From the human T2T-CHM13v2.0 reference genome, Homo sapiens: DNA of 64,000 nt. A model generated the notes under the pieces. That model was not told the DNA's origin and ran no database searches. It saw only the letters and a list, made by a program, of their open reading frames with translations. Below, in pieces: positions 25,101-39,028 of the stretch (within the stretch, counting starts at the first letter, position 1; every line of letters begins with the position of its first letter). The DNA is taken from the NCBI RefSeq assembly GCF_009914755.1, contig NC_060926.1. One strand, 5' to 3'. The translations under genes were made by a program, and so were the position numbers.

Positions 25101-28100
25101 TTGAAGCTTTCTTTTGATAGAGCAGTTTTGAAACACTCTTTTTGTAATATCTGCAAGAGGATATTTGGATAGCTTTGAGGATTTCGTTGGAAACGGGATT
25201 GTCTTCATATAAACTCTAGACAGAAGCATTCTCAGAAGCTTCATTGGGATGTTTCAATTGAAGTTACAGTGTTGAACAGTCCCTTTCATAGAGCAGCTTT
25301 GAAACACTCTTTTTGTAGTATCTGGATGTGGACATTTGGAGCGCTTTCAGGCCTATGGTTTAAAAGGAAATATCTTCCCCTGAAAACTAGACAGAAGCAT
25401 TCTCAGAAACTTATTTGTGATGTGCGCCCTCAACTAACAGTGTTGAAGCATTCTTTTGATAGAGCAGTTTTGAAACACTCTTTTTGTGGAATCTGCAAGT
25501 GGATATTTGTCTAGCTTTGAGGATTTCGTTGGAAACGGGATTACATATAAAAAGCAGACAGCAGCATTCCCAGAAACTTCTTTGTGATGTTTGCATTCAC
25601 GTCACAGAGTTGAACATTCCCTTTCATAGAGCAGGTTTGAAACACTCTTTTTGTAGTATCTGGATGTGGACATTTGGAGCGCTTTCAGGCCTATGGTGAA
25701 AAAGGAAATATCTTCCCCTGAAAACTAGACAGAAGCATTCTCAGAAACTTATTTGTGATGTGCGCCCTCAACTAACAGTGTTGAAGCTTTCTTTTGATAG
25801 AGCAGTTTTGAAACACTCTTTTTGTAATATCTGCAAGAGGATATTTGGATAGCTTTGAGGATTTCGTTGGAAACGGGATTAATTATAAAAAGCAGACAGC
25901 AGCATTCCCAGAATCTTGTTTGTGATGTTTGCATTCAAGTCACAGAGTTGAACATTCCCTTTCAGAGAGCAGGTTTGAAACACTCTTTTTATAGTATCTG
26001 GATGTGGACATTTGGAGCGCTTTCAGGCCTATGGTGAAAAAGGAAATATCTTCTCCTGAAAACTAGAGAGAAGCATTCTCAGAATCTTATTTGTGATGTG
26101 CGCCCTCAACTAACAGTGTTGAAGCTTTCTTTTGATAGAGCAGTTTTGAAACACTCTTTTCGTAAAATCTGCAAGAGGATATTTGGATAGCTTTGAGGAT
26201 TTCGTTGGAAACGGGATTGTCTTCATATAAACTCTAGACAGAAGCATTCTCAGAAGCTTCATTGGGATGTTTCAATTGAAGTCACAGTGTTGAACAGTCC
26301 CTTTCATAGAGCAGGTTTGAAACACTCTTTTTGTAGTATCTGGAAGTGGACATTTGGGGAGATCTCAGGAATACGGTGATAAAGGAAATATCTTCCAATA
26401 AAAGCTACATAGAAGCAATGTCAGAAACTTTTTCATGATGTATCTACTCAGCTAACAGAGTTGAACCTTTCTTTTGAGAGAGCAGTTTTGAAACACTCTT
26501 TTTGTGGAATCTGCAAGTGGATATTTGTCTAGCTTTGAGGATTTCGTTGGAAACGGGATTACATATAAAAAGCAGACAGCAGCATTCCCAGTAACTTCTT
26601 TGTGGTGTTTGCATTCAAGTCACAGAGTTGAACATTCCCTTTCATAGAGCAGGCTTGAAACACTCTTTTTGTAGTATCTGGATGTGGACATTTGGAGCGC
26701 TTTCAGGCCTATGATGAAAAAGGAAATATCTTCCCCTGAAAACTAGACAGAAGCATTCTCAGAATCTTATTTGTGATGTGCGCCCTCAACTAACAGTGTT
26801 GAAGCTTTCTTTTGATAGAGCAGTTTTGAAACACTCTTTTTGTAAAATCTGCAAGAGGATATTTGGATAGCTTTGAGGATTTCGTTGGAAACGGGATTGT
26901 CTTCATATAAACTCCAGACAGAAGCATTCTCAGAAGCTTCATTGGGATGTTTCAGTTGAAGTCACAGTGTTGAACAGTCCCTTTCATAGAGCAGGTTTGA
27001 AACACTCTTTTTGTAGTATCTGGAAGTGGACATTTGGAGCGCTCTCAGGACTGCGGTGAAAAAGGAAATATCTTCCAATAAAAGCTAGATAGAAGCAATG
27101 TCAGAAACTTTTTCATGATGTATCTACTCAGCTAACAGAGTTGAACCTTCCTTTGAGAGAGCAGTTTTGAAACACTCTTTTTGTGGAATCTGCAAGTGGA
27201 TATTTGTCTAGCTTTGAGGATTGCGTTGGAAACGGGATTACATATAAAAAGCAGACAGCAGCATTCCCAGAAACTTCTTTGTGATGTTTGCATTCAAGTC
27301 ACAGAGTTGAACATTCCCTTTCATAGAGCAGGTTTGAAACACTCTTTTTGTAGTATCTGGATGTGGACATTTGGAGCGCTTTCAGGCCTATGGTGAAAAA
27401 GGAAATATCTTCCCCTGAAAACTAGACAGAAGCATTCTCAGAATCTTATTTGTGATGTGCGCCCTCAACTAACAGTGTTGAAGCTTTCTTTTGATAGAGC
27501 AGTTTTGAAACACTCTTTTTGTAAAATCTGCAAGAGGATATTTGGATAGCTTTGAGGATTTCGTTGGAAACGGGATTGTCTTCATATAAACTCTAGACAG
27601 AAGCATTCTCAGAAGCTTCATTGGGATGTTACAATTGAAGTCACAGTGTTGAACAGTCCCTTTCATAGAGCAGGTTTGAAACACTCTTTTTGTAGTATCT
27701 GGAAGTGGACATTTGGAGCGCTCTCAGGACTGCGGTTAAAAAGGAAATATCTTCCAATAAAAGCTACATAGAAGCAATGTCAGAATCTTTTTCATGATGT
27801 GTCTACTCAGCTAACAGAGTTGAACCTTCATTTGAGAGAGCAGTTTTGAAACACTCGTTTTGTGGAATCTGCAAGTGGATATTTGTCTAGCTTTGAGGAT
27901 TTCGTTGGAAACGGGATTACATATAAAAAGCAGACAGCTGCATTCCCAGAAACTTCTTTGTGATGTTTGCATTCAAGTCACAGAGTTGAACATTCCCTTT
28001 CATAGAGCAGGTTTGAAACACTCTTTTTGTAGTATCTGGATGTGGACATTTGCAGCGCTTTCAGGCATAAGGTGAAAAAGGAAATATCTTCCCCTGAAAA

Positions 28101-31100
28101 CTAGACAGAAGCATTCTCAGAAACTTATTTGTGATGTGCGCCCTCAACTAACAGTGTTGAACCTTTCTTTTGATAGAGCAGTTTTGAAACACACTTTTTG
28201 TAATATCTGCAACAGGATATTTGGATAGCTTTGAGGATTTCTTTGGAAACGGGATTGTCTTCATATAAACTCTAGACAGAAGCATTCTCAGAAGCTTCAT
28301 TGGGATGTTTCAATTGAAGTCACAGTGTTGAACAGTCCCTTTCATAGAGCAGGTTTGAAACACTCTTTTTGTAGTATCTGGAAGCGGACATTTGGACAGT
28401 TCTCAGGAATACGGTGATAAAGGAAATATCTTCCAATAAAAGCTAGATAGAAGCAATATCAGAAACTTTTTCATGATGTATCTACTCAGCTAACAGAGTT
28501 GAACCTTTCTTTTGAGAGAGCAGTTTTGAAACACTCTTTTTGTGGAATCTGCAAGTGGATATTTGTCTAGCTTTGAGGATTTCGTTGGAAACGGGATTAC
28601 ATATAAAAAGCAGACAGCAGCATTCCCAGTAACTTCTTTGTGGTGTTTGCATTCAAGTCACAGAGTTGAACATTCCCTTTCATAGAGCAGGTTTGAAACA
28701 CTCTTTTTGTAGTATCTGGATGTGGACATTTGGAGCGCTTTCAGGCCTATGGTGAAAAAGGAAATATCTTCCCCTGAAAACTAGACAGAAGCATTCTCAG
28801 AATCTTATTTGTGATGTGCGCCCTCAACTAACAGTGTTGAAGCTTTCTTTTGATAGAGCAGTTTTGAAACACTCTTTTTGTAAAATCTGCAAGAGGATAT
28901 TTGGATAGCTTTGAGGATTTCGTTGGAAACGGGATTGTCTTCATATAAACTCTAGACAGAAGCATTCTCAGAAGCTTCATTGGGATGTTTCAATTGAAGT
29001 CACAGTGTTGAACAGTCCCTTTCATAGAGCAGGTTTGAAACACTCTTTTTGTAGTATCTGGAAGTGGACATTTGGAGAGATCTCAGGAATACGGTGATAA
29101 AGGAAATATCTTCCAATAAAAGCTAGATAGAAGCAATGTCAGAAACTTTTTCATGATGTATCTACTCAGCTAACAGAGTTGAACCTTTCTTTTGAGAGAG
29201 CAGTTTTGAAACACTCTTTTTGTGGAATCTGCAAGTGGATATTTGTCTAGCTTTGAGGATTTCGTTGGAAACGTGATTACATATAAAAAGCAGACAGCAG
29301 CATTCCCAGTAACTTCTTTGTGATGTTTGCATTCAAGTCACAGAGTTGAACATTCCCTTTCACAGAGCAGGTTTGAAACACTTTTTTTGTAGTATCTGGA
29401 TGTGGACATTTGGAGCGCTTTCAGGCCTATGGTGAAAAAGGAAATATCTTCCAATAAAAGCTACATAGAAGCAATGTCAGAAACTTTTTCATGATGTATC
29501 TACTCAGCTAACAGAGTTGAACCTTCCTTTGAGAGAGCAGTTTTGAAACACTCTTTTTGTGGAATCTGCAAGTGGATATTTGTCTAGCTTTGAGGATTTC
29601 GTTGGAAACCGGTTACATATAAAAAGCAGACAGCAGCATTCCCAGAAACTTCTTTGTGTTGTTTGCATTCAAGTCACAGAGTTGAACATTCCCTTTCATA
29701 GAGCAGGTTTGAAACACTCTTTTTGTAGTATCTGGATGTGGACATTTGCAGCGCTTTCAGGCCTAAGGTGAAAAAGGAAATATCTTCCCCTGAAAACTAG
29801 ACAGAAGCATTCTCAGAAACTTATTTGTGATGTGCGCCCTCAACTAACAGTGTTGAAGCTTTCTTTTGATAGAGCAGTTTTGAAACACTCTTTTTGTAAT
29901 ATCTGCAAGAGGATATTTGGATAGCTTTGAGGATTTCGTTGGAAACGGGATTGTCTTCATATAAACTCTAGACAGAAGCATTCTCAGAAGCTTCATTGGG
30001 ATGTTTCAATTGAAGTTACAGTGTTGAACAGTCCCTTTCATAGAGCAGGTTTGAAACACTCTTTTTGTAGTATCTGGATGTGGACATTTGGAGCGCTTTC
30101 AGGCCTATGGTTTAAAAGGAAATATCTTCCCCTGAAAACTAGACAGAAGCATTCTCAGAAACTTATTTGTGATGTGCGCCCTCAACTAACAGTGTTGAAG
30201 CATTCTTTTGATAGAGCAGTTTTGAAACACTCTTTTTGTGGAATCTGCAAGTGGATATTTGTCTAGCTTTGAGGATTTCGTTGGAAACGGGATTACATAT
30301 AAAAAGCAGACAGCAGCATTCCCAGAAACTTCTTTGTGATGTTTGCATTCACGTCACAGAGTTGAACATTCCCTTTCATAGAGCAGGTTTGAAACACTCT
30401 TTTTGTAGTATCTGGATGTGGACATTTGGAGCGCTTTCAGGCCTATGGTGAAAAAGGAAATATCTTCCCCTGAAAACTAGACAGAAGCATTCTCAGAAAC
30501 TTATTTGTGATGTGCGCCCTCAACTAACAGTGTTGAAGCTTTCTTTTGAAAGAGCAGTTTTGAAACACTCTTTTTGTAATATCTGCAAGAGGATATTTGG
30601 ATAGCTTTGAGGATTTCGTTGGAAACGGGATTAATTATAAAAAGCAGACAGCAGCATTCCCAGAATCTTGTTTGTGATGTTTGCATTCAAGTCACAGAGT
30701 TGAACATTCCCTTTCAGAGAGCAGGTTTGAAACACTCTTTTTATAGTATCTGGATGTGGACATTTGGAGCGCTTTCAGGCCTATGGTGAAAAAGGAAATA
30801 TCTTCTCCTGAAAACTAGAGAGAAGCATTCTCAGAATCTTATTTGTGATGTGCGCCCTCAACTAACAGTGTTGAAGCTTTCTTTTGATAGAGCAGTTTTG
30901 AAACACTCTTTTCGTAAAATCTGCAAGAGGATATTTGGATAGCTTTGAGGATTTCGTTGGAAACGGGATTGTCTTCATATAAACTCTAGACAGAAGCATT
31001 CTCAGAAGCTTCATTGGGATGTTTCAATTGAAGTCACAGTGTTGAACAGTCCCTTTCATAGAGCAGGTTTGAAACACTCTTTTTGTAGTATCTGGATGTG

Positions 31101-34100
31101 GACATTTGGAGCGCTTTCAGGCCTATGGTTTAAAAGGAAATATCTTCCCCTGAAAACTAGACAGAAGCATTCTCAGAAACTTATTTGTGATGTGCGCCCT
31201 CAACTAACAGTGTTGAAGCATTCTTTTGATAGAGCAGTTTTGAAACACTCTTTTTGTGGAATCTGCAAGTGGATATTTGTCTAGCTTTGAGGATTTCGTT
31301 GGAAACGGGATTACATATAAAAAGCAGACAGCAGCATTCCCAGAAACTTCTTTGTGATGTTTGCATTGAAGTCACAGAGTTGAACATTCCCTTTTTTAGA
31401 GCAGGTTTGAAACACTCTTTTTGTAGTATCTGGATGTGGACATTTGGAGCGCTTTCAGGCCTATGGTGAAAAAGGAAATATCTTCCCCTGAAAACTAGAC
31501 AGAAGCATTCTCAGAAACTTATTTGTGATGTGCGCCCTCAACTAACACTGTTGAACCTTTCTTTTGATAGAGCAGTTTTGAAACACTCTTTTTGTAATAT
31601 CTGCAAGAGGATATTTGGATAGCTTTGAGGATTTCTTTGGAAACGGGATTGTCTTCATATAAACTCTAGACAGAAGCATTCTCAGAAGCTTCATTGGGAT
31701 GTTTCAATTGAAGTCACAGTGTTGAACAGTCCCTTTCATAGAGCAGGTTTGAAACACTCTTTTTGTAGTATCTGGAAGTGGACATTTGGAGAGATCTCAG
31801 GAATACGGTGATAAAGGAAATATCTTCCAATAAAAGCTACATAGAAGCAATGTCAGAAACTTTTTCATGATGTATCTACTCAGCTAACAGAGTTGAACCT
31901 TTCTTTTGAGAGAGCAGTTTTGAAACACTCTTTTTGTGGAATCTGCAAGTGGATATTTGTCTAGCTTTGAGGATTTCGTTGGAAACGGGATTACATATAA
32001 AAAGCAGACAGCAGCATTCCCAGTAACTTCTTTGTGGTGTTTGCATTCAAGTCACAGAGTTGAACATTCCCTTTCATAGAGCAGGCTTGAAACACTCTTT
32101 TTGTAGTATCTGGATGTGGACATTTGGAGCGCTTTCAGGCCTATGGTGAAAAAGGAAATATCTTCCCCTGAAAACTAGACAGAAGCATTCTCAGAATCTG
32201 ATTTGTGATGTGCGCCCTCAACTAACACTGTTGAACCTTTCTTTTGATAGAGCAGTTTTGAAACACTCTTTTTGTAATATCTGCAAGAGGATATTTGGAT
32301 AGCTTTGAGGATTTCGTTGGAAACGGGATTGTCTTCATATAAACTCCAGACAGAAGCATTCTCAGAAGCTTCATTGGGATGTTTCAGTTGAAGTCACAGT
32401 GTTGAACAGTCCCTTTCATAGAGCAGGTTTGAAACACTCTTTTTGTAGTATCTGGAAGTGGACATTTGGAGCGCTCTCAGGACTGCGGTGAAAAAGGAAA
32501 TATCTTCCAATAAAAGCTAGATAGAAGCAATGTCAGAAACTTTTTCATGATGTATCTACTCAGCTAACAGAGTTGAACCTTCCTTTGAGAGAGCAGTTTT
32601 GAAACACTCTTTTTGTGGAATCTGCAAGTGGATATTTGTCTAGCTTTGAGGATTTCGTTGGAAACGGGATTACATATAAAAAGCAGACAGCAGCATTCCC
32701 AGTAACTTCTTTGTGATGTTTGCATTCAAGTCACAGAGTTGAACATTCCCTTTCACAGAGCAGGTTTGAAACACTTTTTTTGTAGTATCTGGATGTGGAC
32801 ATTTGGAGCGCTTTCAGGCCTATGGTGAAAAAGGAAATATCTTCCAATAAAAGCTACATAGAAGCAATGTCAGAAACTTTTTCATGATGTATCTACTCAG
32901 CTAACAGAGTTGAACCTTTCTTTTGAGAGAGCAGTTTTGAAACACTCTTTTTGTGGAATCTGGAAGTGGATATTTGTCTAGCTTTGAGGATTTCGTTGGA
33001 AACGGGATTACATATAAAAAGCAGACAGCAGCATTCCCAGTAACTTCTTTGTGATGTTTGCATTCAAGTCACAGTGTTGAACATTCCCTTTCATAGAGCA
33101 GGTTTGAAACACTCTTTTTGTAGTATCTGGATGTGGACATTTGGAGCGCTTTCAGGCCTATGGTGAAAAAGGAAATATCTTCCCCAGAAAACTAGACAGA
33201 AGCATTCTCAGAATCTTATTTGTGATGTGCGCCCTCAACTAACAGTGTTGAAGCTTTCTTTTGATAGAGCAGTTTTGAAACACTCTTTTCGTAAAATCTG
33301 CAAGAGGATATTTTGATAGCTTTGAGGATTACGTTGGAAACGGGATTGTCTTCATATAAACTCTAGACAGAAGCATTCTCAGAAGCTTCATTGGGATGTT
33401 TCAATTAAAGTCACAGTGTTGAACAGTCCCTTTCATAGAGCAGGTTTGAAACACTCTTTTTGTAGTATCTGGAAGTGGACATTTGGAGCGCTCTCAGGAC
33501 TGCGGTGAAAAAGGAAATGTCTTCCAATAAAAGCTAGATAGAAGCAATGTCAGAAACTTTTTCATGATGTATCTACTCAGCTAACAGAGTTGAACCTTCC
33601 TTTGAGAGAGCAGTTTTGAAACACTCTTTTTGTGGAATCTGCAAGTGGATATTTGTCTAGCTTTGAGGATTTCGTTGGAAACGGGTTACATATAAAAAGC
33701 AGACAGCAGCATTCCCAGAAACTTCTTTGTGTTGTTTGCATTCAAGTCACAGAGTTGAACATTCCCTTTCATAGAGCAGGTTTGAAACACTCTTTTTGTA
33801 GTATCTGGATGTGGACATTTGCAGCGCTTTCAGGCCTAAGGTGAAAAAGGAAATATCTTCCCCTGAAAACTAGACAGAAGCATTCTCAGAAACTTATTTG
33901 TGATGTGCGCCCTCAACTAACAGTGTTGAAGCTTTCTTTTGATAGAGCAGTTTTGAAACACTCTTTTTGTAATATCTGCAAGAGGATATTTGGATAGCTT
34001 TGAGGATTTCGTTGGAAACGGGATTGTCTTCATATAAACTCTAGACAGAAGCATTCTCAGAAGCTTCATTGGGATGTTTCAATTGAAATTACAGTGTTGA

Positions 34101-36740
34101 ACAGTCCCTTTCATAGAGCAGGTTTGAAACACTCTTTTTGTTGTATCTGGATGTGGACATTTGGAGCGCTTTCAGGCCTATGGTTTAAAAGGAAATATCT
34201 TCCCCTGAAAACTAGACAGAAGCATTCTCAGAAACTTATTTGTGATGTGCGCCCTCAACTAACAGTGTTGAAGCATTCTTTTGATAGAGCAGTTTTGAAA
34301 CACTCTTTTTGTGGAATCTGCAAGTGGATATTTGTCTAGCTTTGAGGATTTCGTTGGAAACGGGATTACATATAAAAAGCAGACAGCAGCATTCCCAGAA
34401 ACTTCTTTGTGATGTTTGCATTCACGTCACAGAGTTGAACATTCCCTTTCATAGAGCAGGTTTGAAACACTCTTTTTGTAGTATCTGGATGTGGACATTT
34501 GGAGCGCTTTCAGGCCTATGGTGAAAAAGGAAATATCTTCCCCTGAAAACTAGACAGAAGCATTCTCAGAAACTTATTTGTGATGTGCGCCCTCAACTAA
34601 CAGTGTTGAAGCTTTCTTTTGATAGAGCAGTTTTGAAACACTCTTTTTGTAATATCTGCAAGAGGATATTTGGATAGCTTTGAGGATTTCGTTGGAAACG
34701 GGATTAATTATAAAAAGCAGACAGCAGCATTCCCAGAATCTTGTTTGTGATGTTTGCATTCAAGTCACAGAGTTGAACATTCCCTTTCAGAGAGCAGGTT
34801 TGAAACACTCTTTTTATAGTATCTGGATGTGGACATTTGGAGCGCTTTCAGGCCTATGGTGAAAAAGGAAATACCTTCTCCTGAAAACTAGAGAGAAGCA
34901 TTCTCAGAATCTTATTTGTGATGTGCGCCCTCAACTAACAGTGTTGAAGCTTTCTTTTGATAGAGCAGTTTTGAAACACTCTTTTCGTAAAATCTGCAAG
35001 AGGATATTTGGATAGCTTTGAGGATTTCGTTGGAAACGGGATTGTCTTCATATAAACTCTAGACAGAAGCATTCTCAGAAGCTTCATTGGGATGTTTCAA
35101 TTGAAGTCACAGTGTTGAACAGTCCCTTTCATAGAGCAGGTTTGAAACACTCTTTTTGTAGTATCTGGATGTGGACATTTGGAGCGCTTTCAGGCCTATG
35201 GTTTAAAAGGAAATATCTTCCCCTGAAAACTAGACAGAAGCATTCTCAGAAACTTATTTGTGATGTGCGCCCTCAACTAACAGTGTTGAAGCATTCTTTT
35301 GATAGAGCAGTTTTGAAACACTCTTTTTGTGGAATCTGCAAGTGGATATTTGTCTAGCTTTGAGGATTTCGTTGGAAACGGGATTACATATAAAAAGCAG
35401 ACAGCAGCATTCCCAGAAACTTCTTTGTGATGTTTGCATTCAAGTCACAGAGTTGAACATTCCCTTTTATAGAGCAGGTTTGAAACACTCTTTTTGTAGT
35501 ATCTGGATGTGGACATTTGGAGCGCTTTCAGGCCTATGGTGAAAAAGGAAATATCTTCCCCTGAAAACTAGACAGAAGCATTCTCAGAAACTTATTTGTG
35601 ATGTGCGCCCTCAACTAACAGTGTTGAACCTTTCTTTTGATAGAGCAGTTTTGAAACACTCTTTTTGTAATATCTGCAAGAGGATATTTGGATAGCTTTG
35701 AGGATTTCTTTGGAAACGGGATTGTCTTCATATAAACTCTAGACAGAAGCATTCTCAGAAGCTTCATTGGGATGTTTCAATTGAAGTCACAGTGTTGAAC
35801 AGTCCCTTTCATAGAGCAGGTTTGAAACACTCTTTTTGTAGTATCTGGAAGTGGACATTTGGAGAGATCTCAGGAATACGGTGATAAAGGAAATATCTTC
35901 CAATAAAAGCTACATAGAAGCAATGTCAGAAACTTTTTCATGATGTATCTACTCAGCTAACAGAGTTGAACCTTTCTTTTGAGAGAGCAGTTTTGAAACA
36001 CTCTTTTTGTGGAATCTGCAAGTGGATATTTGTCTAGCTTTGAGGATTTCGTTGGAAACGGGATTACATATAAAAAGCAGACAGCAGCATTCCCAGTAAC
36101 TCCTTTGTGGTGTTTGCATTCAAGTCACAGAGTTGAACATTCCCTTTCATAGAGCAGGCTTGAAACACTCTTTTTGTAGTATCTGGATGTGGACATTTGG
36201 AGCGCTTTCAGGCCTATGGTGAAAAAGGAAATATCTTCCCCTGAAAACTAGACAGAAGCATTCTCAGAATCTTATTTGTGATGTGCGCCCTCAACTAACA
36301 GTGTTGAAGCTTTCTTTTGATAGAGCAGTTTTGAAACACTCTTTTTGTAAAATCTGCAAGAGGATATTTGGATAGCTTTGAGGATTTCGTTGGAAACGGG
36401 ATTGTCTTCATATAAACTCCAGACAGAAGGATTCTCAGAAGCTTCATTGGGATGTTTCAGTTGAAGTCACAGTGTTGAACAGTCCCTTTCATAGAGCAGG
36501 TTTGAAACACTCTTTTTGTAGTATCTGGAAGTGGACATTTGGAGCGCTCTCAGGACTGCGGTGAAAAAGGAAATATCTTCCAATAAAAGCTAGATAGAAG
36601 CAATGTCAGAAACTTTTTCATGATGTATCTACTCAGCTAACAGAGTTGAACCTTCCTTTGAGAGAGCAGTTTTGAAACACTCTTTTTGTGGAATCTGCAA
36701 GTGGATATTTGTCTAGCTTTGAGGATTTCGTTGGAAACGG
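22145..36740 (+). repeat. Dispersed ~2.7-kb duplication, offset 11881 bp (~22145-24860 vs ~34026-36740)
   Basis: ORF pairs 22213/34094, 22799/34680, 23231/35112, 23446/35327; private variant aactcctttgtggt at 24221 and 36102. Confidence 0.75.
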
Positions 36741-39028
36741 GATTACATATAAAAAGCAGACAGCAGCATTCCCAGAAACTTCTTTGTGATGTTTGCATTC
36801 AAGTCACAGAGTTGAACATTCCCTTTCATAGAGCAGGTTTGAAACACTCTTTTTGTAGTATCTGGATGTGGACATTTGGAGCGCTTTCAGGCCTATGGTG
36901 AAAAAGGAAATATCTTCCCCTGAAAACTAGACAGAAGCATTCTCAGAATCTTATTTGTGATGTGCGCCCTCAACTAACAGTGTTGAAGCTTTCTTTTGAT
37001 AGAGCAGTTTTGAAACACTCTTTTTGTAAAATCTGCAAGAGGATATTTGGATAGCTTTGAGGATTTCGTTGGAAACGGGATTGTCTTCATATAAACTCTA
37101 GACAGAAGCATTCTCAGAAGCTTCATTGGGATGTTTCAATTGAAGTCACAGTGTTGAACAGTCCCTTTCATAGAGCAGGTTTGAAACACTCTTTTTGTAG
37201 TATCTGGAAGTGGACATTTGGAGCGCTCTCAGGACTGCGGTTAAAAAGGAAATATCTTCCAATAAAAGCTACATAGAAGCAATGTCAGAATCTTTTTCAT
37301 GATGTGTCTACTCAGCTAACAGAGTTGAACCTTCATTTGAGAGAGCAGTTTTGAAACACTCGTTTTGTGGAATCTGCAAGTGGATATTTGTCTAGCTTTG
37401 AGGATTTCGTTGGAAACGGGATTACATATAAAAAGCAGACAGCAGCATTCCCAGAAACTTCTTTGTGATGTTTGCATTCAAGTCACAGAGTTGAACATTC
37501 CCTTTCATAGAGCAGGTTTGAAACACTCTTTTTGTAGTATCTGGATGTGGACATTTGCAGCGCTTTCAGGCATAAGGTGAAAAAGGAAATATCTTCCCCT
37601 GAAAACTAGACAGAAGCATTCTCAGAAACTTATTTGTGATGTGCGCCCTCAACTAACAGTGTTGAACCTTTCTTTTGATAGAGCAGTTTTGAAACACACT
37701 TTTTGTAATATCTGCAACAGGATATTTGGATAGCTTTGAGGATTTCTTTGGAAACGGGATTGTCTTCATATAAACTCTAGACAGAAGCATTCTCAGAAGC
37801 TTCATTGGGATGTTTCAATTGAAGTCACAGTGTTGAACAGTCCCTTTCATAGAGCAGGTTTGAAACACTCTTTTTGTAGTATCTGGAAGTGGACATTTGG
37901 ACAGTTCTCAGGAATACGGTGATAAAGGAAATATCTTCCAATAAAAGCTAGATAGAAGCAATGTCAGAAACTTTTTCATGATGTATCTACTCAGCTAACA
38001 GAGTTGAACCTTTCTTTTGAGAGAGCAGTTTTGAAACACTCTTTTTGTGGAATCTGCAAGTGGATATTTGTCTAGCTTTGAGGATTTCGTTGGAAACGGG
38101 ATTACATATAAAAAGCAGACAGCAGCATTCCCAGTAACTTCTTTGTGGTGTTTGCATTCAAGTCACAGAGTTGAACATTCCCTTTCATAGAGCAGGTTTG
38201 AAACACTCTTTTTGTAGTATCTGGATGTGGACATTTGGAGCGCTTTCAGGCCTATGGTGAAAAAGGAAATATCTTCCCCTGAAAACTAGACAGAAGCATT
38301 CTCAGAATCTTATTTGTGATGTGCGCCCTCAACTAACAGTGTTGAAGCTTTCTTTTGATAGAGCAGTTTTGAAACACTCTTTTTGTAAAATCTGCAAGAG
38401 GATATTTGGATAGCTTTGAGGATTTCGTTGGAAACGGGATTGTCTTCATATAAACTCTAGACAGAAGCATTCTCAGAAGCTTCATTGGGATGTTTCAATT
38501 GAAGTCACAGTGTTGAACAGTCCCTTTCATAGAGCAGGTTTGAAACACTCTTTTTGTAGTATCTGGAAGTGGACATTTGGAGAGATCTCAGGAATACGGT
38601 GATAAAGGAAATATCTTCCAATAAAAGCTAGATAGAAGCAATGTCAGAAACTTTTTCATGATGTATCTACTCAGCTAACAGAGTTGAACCTTTCTTTTGA
38701 GAGAGCAGTTTTGAAACACTCTTTTTGTGGAATCTGCAAGTGGATATTTGTCTAGCTTTGAGGATTTCGTTGGAAACGGGATTACATATAAAAAGCAGAC
38801 AGCAGCATTCCCAGTAACTTCTTTGTGATGTTTGCATTCAAGTCACAGAGTTGAACATTCCCTTTCACAGAGCAGGTTTGAAACACTTTTTTTGTAGTAT
38901 CTGGATGTGGACATTTGGAGCGCTTTCAGGCCTATGGTGAAAAAGGAAATATCTTCCAATAAAAGCTACATAGAAGCAATGTCAGAAACTTTTTCATGAT
39001 GTATCTACTCAGCTAACAGAGTTGAACC
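26210..39028 (+). repeat. Dispersed ~3.3-kb duplication, offset 9505 bp (~26210-29523 vs ~35715-39028)
   Basis: ORF pairs 27181/36686 and 27860/37365; shared private variants aaacacacttttt, tgcaacagga, ggacagttctcagg. Confidence 0.8.
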
